Assembly: GCA_963706445.1 (NCBI GenBank)
Contig: OY970160.1
Location: 1,503,438-1,567,437 of the forward strand
Length of the DNA: 64,000 bases
Direction: 5' to 3'
From: an uncultured Nitrososphaerales archaeon
GTDB lineage: Archaea > Thermoproteota > Nitrososphaeria > Nitrososphaerales > Gagatemarchaeaceae
Positions 19,057-27,631 of the stretch are shown one piece after another. The notes beneath the pieces are model-generated. The model searched no databases, had not been told where the DNA came from, and saw nothing but the letters and a program-made list of their open reading frames with translations. The position numbers and the translations under genes were made by a program. How positions within the stretch are numbered: the stretch's first letter is position 1; each line of letters opens with the position of its first letter.

Positions 19057-20217
19057 ATGCAGAATACGACCCAGACGTACCAGGAAAGGAATCAGCAGCT
19101 GGTCGGCGAGTTCCTAAGTTCTCTTCCTTCCCTGTCCAAACGTAGGGTTGACAAGTACAAGTATCGCATGGGCAAGATCTCGAGGAATCTCGGCAAGCCG
19201 TTCGACAGCGTGACGAAGGAGGACCTGCGAAGGTATGTCGAAGAGATCAACAGCTCTCCTGACTTCAAAGACTGGACGAAGCAGGATTATCGGATATTCC
19301 TCAAGAAGTTCTTCCGATGGCTCCACGACGGCGAGTTTGTAGCCTGGATAAGGATCGGCAGGGTGAAGGCAAGCGTCAGCGTGGAGGACATCCTATCGGG
19401 GGCTGAGCTGGAGATGATCAGGCGGGCCTGCAACAACCTGCGGGACAAGACGCTCATTGAGACAGCCTACGAGGGAGCCTTCAGGCCTCATGAGTTGCTC
19501 GGGCTGAAGAAGAGTAGTGTCGCGTTTGACGACTATGGGGCGAAGATCTCCATCGAGAAAGGAAAGACCGGTCCTCGCAGCATCAGGGTGGTCAATGCCG
19601 CACCGTTGCTCGCCGAATGGATGGAGCATCATCCGCTGAAAGCCAAGGATGCGCCGCTGTGGGTGGACATGAGCAATGACACTACGTACCAACCCCTCAA
19701 GTGGCTTGGAGTCAGTAAGCTTGTTGCCAGGTTGGCTAAGAGGGCGGGAGTGGAGAAGCACGTGAAGCCTTACCTCTTTCGGCATACCCGCCTGACCGAG
19801 CTGAGCAACACACTCACTGAGGCCCAGCTGTGCATGTTTGCCGGCTGGGAGCAGGGGAGTGACATGCCTCGGAACTACGTCCATCTGTCTGGGAGGGACG
19901 TCGACGACGCCCTGCTCAGGTCCTACGGGCTAATCAAGCCGAAAGAGGAAAAGGAGTTGAAGACGCCAAGGAAGTGCGTAAGGTGTGGAACTCTTTGTGG
20001 ATCGGACGCGGAGACATGCCACAGGTGCGGGATGGCGTTGACGCTCCAGGCAGCAATGAAGAAAGACGATGAGCTTGCGCAGATGAGGAATGATCTGGAC
20101 ATCTCCAAGGAGCAGCAGCGCCTGATTCTAGACCTTCTCCGAAAGGGGGTCAAGGTGGATCCGCTGTTACTCGACGTGAAGAGCACGGGATCCGGAGCAG
20201 CGGCGGTCCGAAGCTAA
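19057..20217 (+). CDS. Tyrosine recombinase/integrase (XerC/D-phage integrase family) with C-terminal zinc ribbon
   Basis: Catalytic-domain residues seen: ..FRPHELLGL.. (Arg), ..LFRHTRLTEL.. (HxxR) and ..RNYVHLS.. (Tyr). The C-terminal CVRCG..CHRCG ribbon lies at 19975-20031. Confidence 0.85.
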   Translation: MQNTTQTYQERNQQLVGEFLSSLPSLSKRRVDKYKYRMGKISRNLGKPFDSVTKEDLRRYVEEINSSPDFKDWTKQDYRIFLKKFFRWLHDGEFVAWIRIGRVKASVSVEDILSGAELEMIRRACNNLRDKTLIETAYEGAFRPHELLGLKKSSVAFDDYGAKISIEKGKTGPRSIRVVNAAPLLAEWMEHHPLKAKDAPLWVDMSNDTTYQPLKWLGVSKLVARLAKRAGVEKHVKPYLFRHTRLTELSNTLTEAQLCMFAGWEQGSDMPRNYVHLSGRDVDDALLRSYGLIKPKEEKELKTPRKCVRCGTLCGSDAETCHRCGMALTLQAAMKKDDELAQMRNDLDISKEQQRLILDLLRKGVKVDPLLLDVKSTGSGAAAVRS

Positions 20218-20365
20218 CATAGACCAAGAACCTGCGTCAACTTGGTGGGTTCGAATCCCAGGGGAGGATTATCGCCTACGAGTTAAATTCCGACGACGGT
20301 CCATCCGAGGAGTTTCGTATGTATTGTATTGTATGTACGTATTAGGAAAGTAAGAGGTAAGAGAG

Positions 20366-20722
20366 GTGTCAGAGGGCAGGCCAAAAGAATACAAGAGCCG
20401 CACCATCTTCACGATTTCTGCGGAAGCGGAGGTTCTCATGGCCTTCAAGGAGATTGCGAAGAAGGAAGGCAAGCCGTACGGCAGAATCCTTCAGGAACTG
20501 ATGGCGGATTACGTCAAGAAGCACTACAATGGGAACCCGGCGTTCGCGCTGGATCAATGGGTCAAAGCGCCTGACTTCATGGCTTTTCCTACGTTAGGAG
20601 AGAACCCTGACATGAAGTATCTGAGAGAAGTTGACGACAAGAGTCTCCGAATCGTCAGGGGTCAGGCCGAGGCTTGGGCCAGGAAAGCGGAGGAGGAAGA
20701 GAGGAGACGGGAGCGCCTGTAA
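20366..20722 (+). CDS. Putative ribbon-helix-helix (CopG-like) DNA-binding protein
   Basis: SRTIFTISAEAEVLMAFKEIAKKEGKPYGRILQELMADYVKKH fits a beta-strand plus two-helix RHH layout. Confidence 0.45.
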   Translation: MSEGRPKEYKSRTIFTISAEAEVLMAFKEIAKKEGKPYGRILQELMADYVKKHYNGNPAFALDQWVKAPDFMAFPTLGENPDMKYLREVDDKSLRIVRGQAEAWARKAEEEERRRERL

Positions 20723-20778
20723 TCTTCGAGCGTCTCGAAGCCCTCCTTCAAGCGAAGGGATGACCATATAGAACTCGA

Positions 20779-21978
20779 CTAGGCAATGGGCGCTTCGAGG
20801 ATAGTACTCGCTTCGGCAGATTGAAATCGCTTCAATGCTGCCAGACAGCTGGATCCCGCCAACTCTGCGAACTTGGGCGGGAAGGCGTTCCCAACCATGT
20901 TGGTGGCCGCCTCCGCGAAGTCCGTCTTTATCCTATAGCTCCGTGGAAAGGTCTGTAATGTCGCGGCCTCTCTCACCGAAATGGTACGTGTCTGAGTCGG
21001 ATGGCCGAATCGCCCCATGCAGGGACTGAGGAGCCCCGATGTTATCGTAGGTGGCAACTTATCCCAATCCATCCTAGCATAGACATTGACGAAACCTGCA
21101 CTAATCTCTTTGTGGCATTTGGGCCTGAGGCGCTTGGGCAAAGCACTCCTTGATTGCCCGGCTTTGAGCGCTTTCAACCTCTTGATCGATATCTCGTGCA
21201 AATCCCTTACAACATGCCAATTGTGACGCTGCGGCCCACCATTCTCGTGAGCTTGGGAGAGCTTTACCGGCCTCTTGAAATCCGAAATCGAGTCACGGAG
21301 GGTTACCCAAGGGAGCAGCGAGTCCTCCCTTCCTCCGTCTTTCCCGTGGGTCTTGGCCGGAAAATCTATCTCGAATCCCTTCCCGGCGAGAAGCACGAGG
21401 CGAGTCCTCGATTGGGGTACCCCGTAATCAGCCAGAGGGATTAGATCATATCTTGGCGAGTAACCCGCCTCCCGGATAGTTTGAACGAACTTCTCTAAGT
21501 GCCCCTTTCCCCTCCTGAAGAGGCCGGGTACGTTCTCCATCATCACTACGCGAGGCGAAATCTCGACAACAATTCTGGCCATCTCCAGAAGCAACTCATT
21601 TCTCGGGTCTTCCTCTTCCCTTTTGTCAGTGAGCTTGGAAAACCCTTGGCATGGGGGACACCCAGCCACCAGGTCAATAGTTGGCATACCTGAGGCCTCC
21701 AGAATTTCCTTGCCCGAGGTCTGGCGGATGTCCTTGACAAGGAGTCTGACCTCGGGGTGATTGGCCGAGTATGTCTTCCCGAACTCCTTGCTCATCTCCA
21801 CAGCAGCCTTTACGGTGAACCCCGCACGCTTCAGCCCCAAGGTCAATCCTCCCATCCCACAGAACAAATCGACGGCGGTCGCGCCAGATTGCAGCATCCT
21901 TGCTTCTCGACTCGCAACCTCTGCGCAGGTGGGATTCTTAAAATCACGCAGCACGCAACCATTCATCTTTGAGACCAC
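20779..21978 (-). CDS. DNA (cytosine-5)-methyltransferase, DISARM DrmMII-like
   Basis: C5-MTase motifs in order: I DLFCGMGG, IV GCPPCQGFS, VI MENVPGL, VIII QSRTRL, X GNAFPP. The ORF is uninterrupted. The start may be an internal Met. Confidence 0.9.
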   Translation of the reverse strand: MVSKMNGCVLRDFKNPTCAEVASREARMLQSGATAVDLFCGMGGLTLGLKRAGFTVKAAVEMSKEFGKTYSANHPEVRLLVKDIRQTSGKEILEASGMPTIDLVAGCPPCQGFSKLTDKREEEDPRNELLLEMARIVVEISPRVVMMENVPGLFRRGKGHLEKFVQTIREAGYSPRYDLIPLADYGVPQSRTRLVLLAGKGFEIDFPAKTHGKDGGREDSLLPWVTLRDSISDFKRPVKLSQAHENGGPQRHNWHVVRDLHEISIKRLKALKAGQSRSALPKRLRPKCHKEISAGFVNVYARMDWDKLPPTITSGLLSPCMGRFGHPTQTRTISVREAATLQTFPRSYRIKTDFAEAATNMVGNAFPPKFAELAGSSCLAALKRFQSAEASTILEAPIA

Positions 21979-22035
21979 CGGCGCTCATCCGAAGACCAAT
22001 AATTCTCATTAATTACCTTCTTCAGAGCCGCCCTC

Positions 22036-24021
22036 TTGGCTGTCGTGTCCATCAAAAGCGAAAGGGGTCCGGGTGAGCCCAAGGACGGCTCTTGGATTAC
22101 ATCCGAATATCTGAATCGCTACCTTGAGAAAGGCTTCGGCGTCGCTTCGGAGGACTTCGCTGAAGAGTATTCTCTTCATCCGCAAGATGTCTCCCTAATC
22201 AAATCGATTGCTTTCGAACTGGAGGTCGGTCGAGACAGTCTGATGATAGCGCCCTTTCTGAATGGTCTTTCGATTGCCTTTTTGATGAGGGCGCTGTCTG
22301 TGGCCAGAGTAAACAAATCCCCTCTGATCTTGTATAGCGCTGATCCTGCCGTACCAAGGTACTACAGGTCGCTATCCTACATAGCCAATAGGCTTAGGAC
22401 ATCAATGGCGGTCGTGCACCCTCTCGTCCTGTGTCACTCCCTTACAGAGCTGTCCCGCGTTGACCACCGCACAATACTTGTGGTCGACGCTAGGTACACT
22501 CGCGGATGGCTGAACCTGAATCCGGTGCCTTGGGTCAATGCAGCTGGGCCCAAGATATTCCTCTCCTTAATGGACGACTACAGGCTGGAGTCCCTGCTCA
22601 AGAACATCGATGTCTGCTATGTACGAGGCGCAGGAAAAACCGGCACGGCGTGGCCTGAACCCCTGAGGGCTGGTTCGACGAAGCTGGACAATTACTCGAC
22701 CGGGGTGAGTTTCGTTGCGGAGACCGTGCCGGCGAACGACTCGGTTCTGGCCAACCTAGAAAGGGCCTTCCAGACCCTCATGTTGCGAGCAAGGGATATC
22801 CCTCAGGCGCAAATGCAACTTGCCCAGGCAAGGAGATTTAACCGGCTGGTCCAGGATTCAGTTATACCGATCAGTTTCTTCAACGAGGCAGCGCACGGCA
22901 CGGGGGCTTACAGCATCGCTCAGATGCTGAAATCGATTCGCGGTGGAGTGGCCTTGGAAGCCCCTCCGCCTGTCCGAGGAGCCTTCAATCGATTCATCAG
23001 CGCAGCGGACGCAGCGATGCAATCGCTATCGACTCGGCATCAGCCGAAGGTGGCATGGTTCAAGAAGTTCGTCCTTGAGAGGACTGAGCCAATAGCCGTT
23101 CCTGTCAGTTTAAGACTCGAAGCCGAGGCGTTTAGCGCGTGGAAGAGCTCTCCCACATCATCGAACTGCGCCGAGGTAGTCACCCTGACGAGGGCCCACC
23201 TTAGAAGCGAAGGGTATTCCCTCGATGTGCTCGCCCCGGGGCCGCCATCGGACGAAGATCTTGCTTACCTGCTCGGCGGCGTCTCGTCGAATGTCAAGGT
23301 CCTGGTATATCCTTGGCAGGCGAGGCATTGGAACGTTTTGACCAAGAAGGCTTCAAAATTGATCGAAGGTGTCAAGCCCATCCCCGAGCTGGAAGAAGAG
23401 GATCAGCAGGAGGTCGAGGAGGCGGTTGATTGGGCAGTTCCGAACAGAGATCCATCGAGCGGAGAAGAACTACTAAGAAGGGAGTTCTCTGGGGTCGAGA
23501 AAAGAACAAATGTCGTGCTCAAGACCGACGCGGGAGTGTTGGAGTACGACGAGGATTCCCTGGTGCCCACTTTGGAGGTAAACAAATTCGTCGACATCCC
23601 GGCGAAGTTGCTCCACAGTGGAAACACCATCATACTAAGGACAGGAGGGAACCTGATAGACGCCAGTCGGACAGTAGATGAACTCGCACAAACAAACCCA
23701 GTACTGGCAGAAGCTGCTAATGAGGCAAATCTATGGCGTGAAGTCCTCTATACCTACATTCACTCCCAGAACATTTCGTACAAGGAAATCCACGACAGAC
23801 TATTTCCGGCAAACGAAGTGACATACGGAGCAGTCAAAAGGTGGGTCCTCAATCAGGTCAAAGTCGGGCCCCAATACGACAACCTGGCTCTGCTTCTGAG
23901 CCGTATTGGCGTGTCGAAGCAAAAGGCGGACGAGATGGCGAGGGCGGTCCATCAGATACCGAAGCTTTCGATTTCGGGTTTATGGCTACATCTTCTATCT
24001 CTGGACCCGAAATGCAGCTAA
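22036..24021 (+). CDS. DrmE-like protein (assigned by position only); the 3' end may be frameshifted
   Basis: 661 aa ORF with no recognised motif. It occupies the slot upstream of drmA, as drmE does in class-2 DISARM. A coding-looking continuation in another frame (about 23975-24166) ends in an ATGA overlap with the drmA start. Confidence 0.4.
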   Translation: MAVVSIKSERGPGEPKDGSWITSEYLNRYLEKGFGVASEDFAEEYSLHPQDVSLIKSIAFELEVGRDSLMIAPFLNGLSIAFLMRALSVARVNKSPLILYSADPAVPRYYRSLSYIANRLRTSMAVVHPLVLCHSLTELSRVDHRTILVVDARYTRGWLNLNPVPWVNAAGPKIFLSLMDDYRLESLLKNIDVCYVRGAGKTGTAWPEPLRAGSTKLDNYSTGVSFVAETVPANDSVLANLERAFQTLMLRARDIPQAQMQLAQARRFNRLVQDSVIPISFFNEAAHGTGAYSIAQMLKSIRGGVALEAPPPVRGAFNRFISAADAAMQSLSTRHQPKVAWFKKFVLERTEPIAVPVSLRLEAEAFSAWKSSPTSSNCAEVVTLTRAHLRSEGYSLDVLAPGPPSDEDLAYLLGGVSSNVKVLVYPWQARHWNVLTKKASKLIEGVKPIPELEEEDQQEVEEAVDWAVPNRDPSSGEELLRREFSGVEKRTNVVLKTDAGVLEYDEDSLVPTLEVNKFVDIPAKLLHSGNTIILRTGGNLIDASRTVDELAQTNPVLAEAANEANLWREVLYTYIHSQNISYKEIHDRLFPANEVTYGAVKRWVLNQVKVGPQYDNLALLLSRIGVSKQKADEMARAVHQIPKLSISGLWLHLLSLDPKCS

Positions 24022-24162
24022 GCTATTTGAGCTGGACGAGAAGGTTATGGCCGAGGACGAGAAGATCGACGCAGAGTTCGGCCTTTCGTTGGCCTCGCTC
24101 GAGCAGCTCATCACATTCGCCAAGATAATCAAGGAGCCCTCAATCAAGGAGACGCCCCCTAG

Positions 24163-27100
24163 ATGAGCAACGAGGAGGCCGCCGAGCTCAGCTCGAGGAT
24201 CATTACACTGCTTTCCAATGACCTACTGGGAGAAGGAAACGCCCACGCTGAGGTCGACGAGGATCTGCCTCAGAACACCTTCCCTGCGGGCAATCTTGGG
24301 CCTTCGAGCAGGGATGTCTCGAGGTTGGATGACTTTCGGATAACCGAATATGTGCCTAGTAGCATAGGGTTGTTATTCAAAGTCAAACCCGGCTCAAAGG
24401 GGAAGGTCGAGTTCCACGTGTCCTCCAATGTGTACTACCCGCGGATGCCTAATTTGCGGGAGGCGAGGCAACAGGCCTCGAAGTACGAAAACGGATTCCC
24501 TATGAACGAAGCGGAATGGAAGGACGAAAAGGCCAGGTGGCGTTCAGCTAACTTGACTGCAAAATTCAGGCCGATATTCGTCAGGGCAAGCGTGCAATCG
24601 GAGGCGGTAATCGATCTCGAGTCCATCGCGATTGATGACTCATACCACGAGGTTGCTACCACACCGGAACTTGATAGCATTCTGGCTAGAATCTCAAAAG
24701 ACGCTTCCATCAAGTCCAAGCTACTCGTGGTAAGTCCGAAGGGTTCGCCTCCCTCCGAGCTCCCGGGCGCAGCTTTGTCTTCAGAGGATGCGTTCGTCAG
24801 GGCCCTTGACAAGTATACATCGGTCTCAATGCCACACTGGAGCTCGGGCCTGCGATATCGGGCATGGAAAGACGCAGAAAGCGGGGACACAGTCGTTGAA
24901 GTGCTTCTAAGTAACAGAGTAACTGAGACAGAGGCGCGCGAGCTGGCCAAGCGAGGTAAGGACGTTCATCTATTAAACCCTTACATCAAAGCTACTGGAA
25001 GAACAAACGTCTTTTCCCCCTTCGAGTCGGCAGTGCTTCGATCCGAGAATTACCGGGTAAACTCCACGGTCTACTCGTCGGGCATCGATTGCGATACCAA
25101 GGAGGAGTCGCACAAAGACGCGGTAGTCCTGAACAGACCGTTCTGCCAATTTACAGACAGATGCTAACGGTATCAGCATCGATCGGAGGGCTATAGCCTT
25201 GGCTCACCATCGCCGTCAGAGCTAGCGACCGACCCCATTCCGCATCTGAAGAGAGTGTCCAGTTATCTGCATGGGTTCTCAGCATGGTGGAGGCAAGGCG
25301 CATATTCCGAACTCCGGGATTCTGGCAGAGTGCCAGCCGGAGTGAACCGAAGGATCCTTTCGGCTGAGGCTGAGTTCGAGAAGGAGATCTTCGAGATACG
25401 ACGAGGGTATCCAGGCGCTCGAAGCCGACCCCAACCTCCTCGAAAGCGTTTCGGCTGATGAATCAAAGCTTCGCGAAGAACCCCGGCTCCACCGTAAGAT
25501 CATGGAGAGTTTTCCAAATCGTGTTTGTCGATGACAACCGCCTTGCCTACTCTGGTCATCGCGAGCAGACGGCGGCGCAGCGGGGACGCCGGTCCCCATC
25601 ATCCTCTGGTACCCTACCGGCGGCGGCAAGACTCGAAGCTTACCTCGGCCTAGTAATTGTACTCGCCTTCTGGGGCAGGCTAAGAGGCAAACTTTTCGGC
25701 ACCTCGAGTTGGAACAAGTTCCCGGCTGAGGCTGTTGCAGCGCATCCAGCAACTGAGCAGAATCCAAGCCGCGATGGCCTTCGCGACCTGGTCAGGACAG
25801 AAACGGATGAAATCCCAGAGGCGCTGAAAGGCGACAGGTTCTCTGTCGGGCCTCTACGCGGGAGGGAGCAACAGCACCAACGACTTGGATTTCCCCAACG
25901 ATGCCTCAAGGACGACCATTGTGTTGTTGGTCGGGACCGGGAAGGAGTTCCAATCGGCGAGCCCCAGGCTCTAGAATCATCCAGAAGAACCACAAGGTAG
26001 ACCGCTGCCCGTGTGCCATTTTCAAGGGGCAACGAACAGAAGGCGCAATCGAGACAACCTTTGACGATAAGATTCCAGGTTTTCACCACAAGTGCGCGCA
26101 ATAGGAATACAGCTCCCTCTGTATGTCACGGATACGGAGACCATCACTTGCTCCAAACAATAATCGTCAGCACTATGAACAAGTTGGCTCAGTTGGGTCA
26201 GGATAACGCCGTGAAGATTCTATTCGGATACGCGAAATGGAAGTGCCCTACTCACGGTTACTTCATGCAATCCGCTGGGAGGTGCAACGTGCTGAAATGC
26301 GGCCGCGAGCTGGTTAACGTCAAGCGCGCCATCAATACCTACCAGAGCTAGTCACCCGAGGATCGATGCACTTCCTCCGTGAAACACTCGGGAGCATTCG
26401 ATGACCACTACGAAACGGCGATGTTCAGCAATCATCAGACGTGCACGAAGCGAGCTCGGAAACAGACACAGAAGACCTCGAACATCATGGGCAGCTGAGC
26501 CACCATCAGAGCTATGAACAAGTCGAACAACTCTCCTGCACGCCGGGTGCAATACGGTTCTCTCCGGCCCTGCCAGCGCGGTCGATCATATCCAAGGAGG
26601 GGACCGAAGTCCAAAGGTTCGTAATGGGATTCAGACCCCAGAACATGAGTCACGTTGATGCCGTCATGAAAGTGCTCAACTTGGTACAGCTTGACCCTTG
26701 CCTACAGCCAACCGAAGGCGCACATGGGCAGAGATGGAGAGCGTCGTCTGGATGAACACAACCTCGCGCCGAACTGATCAAACACTATCGGACCAGCCTC
26801 GCCTGGCAGCTTGAAAACTGAAGCGGGACGATCCACAAGTCGTTCATCGGCCAGTTGAACCAGATCTGGCGAGAAAATTTTGATGATCGAAGAAGAGCGG
26901 ATTCCAAACCTGACCGGAGAAGACCAAATTGCCCATCGAGGTCGCGAATGTTCTTCATAGGTTGGAGAGAGACTCGGCTGATTGGATTCAAGCTGTTACC
27001 GCTCTAGCATCATCAGCCACGGCGTTGACCTCGAAGTCCTCAACTTCCTAGTGTTCAGAGGGCAACCTCATACAGTCAGCGAGTGGATTCAGACCATGAG

Positions 27101-27613
27101 CCGGGTTGGCAGGAAGCCGGGATCCCCGGGAATAGTAGTGAACGTGTACAACCCAAATCGGGAGAGAGACGCAGCCTACTACTCGCACCACAAGAAGTAC
27201 ATCGAGCACGCCGAGACACTGATCAGGAACGTGCCGGTAACCAGATTCAGCCCCGAGGCGCTCAGGAAGACAGTGAGGGGCCTGTTCTACAACATCGTCG
27301 CATTCTACTCTGAACCGGGTCTCCGTTATTACTACCGAGATGCGGTCAAGAATGCAATGCCGAAAATAAAGGCGTTTATCCGCGACACCTTGCTTGATTA
27401 CTATTCCCTTACCAAACCGAATCCCACTCCGAAGGAGGCGCGGCTGATGAGACGCTCGATGCGGAACTCGATAACATAATCGCCCTTCTCGAAAGCCCCA
27501 ACCAAGACGAGTCAACAAAGAAAACGATCAACCCAATGATCAGCCTAAGGGATGTGGACGAACAGATTCTGATATCGCCTTCCTACAACTCCGAGTTTTT
27601 TAGGTCGAAGTAA
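24163..27613 (+). pseudogene. drmA: DISARM DrmA-like superfamily-2 helicase, disrupted by many frameshifts and at least one in-frame stop
   Basis: Helicase motifs are present but spread over three frames. PVPIILWYPTGGGKT (frame 2, 25613-25633 for PTGGGKT), then one extra nt, then EAYLGL (frame 3). ..PED + 2 nt + MHFLRETLGS (26355-26395), preceded by an in-frame TAG at 26349-26351. IISHGVDLEVLNFLVFRGQPHTVSEWIQTMSRVGRK (motif VI at 27090-27113). The C-terminal MISLRDVDEQ.. is in yet another frame and ends with TAA at 27611-27613. Confidence 0.7.
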
Positions 27614-27631
27614 AATGCCTGCAGAGCTTTT

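Noticed and set aside
25255-26991. Cluster of 60-180-aa ORFs on both strands between the 24163 ORF and the 26982 ORF, considered as separate small genes
   Set aside because: The plus-strand ORFs carry consecutive pieces of one helicase (P-loop, DExH-like region, zinc-finger insert, motif V/VI) and are fragments of drmA. The minus-strand ORFs (25279..25767, 25640..26101, 26352..26653, 26785..26991) are antisense shadows.
24163-27613. Programmed ribosomal frameshifting or recoding as the explanation for the broken helicase
   Set aside because: There are too many shifts (a dozen or more), in both +1 and -1 directions. No recurring slippery motif is visible, and there is at least one in-frame TAG. 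Decay or sequence error explains it better.
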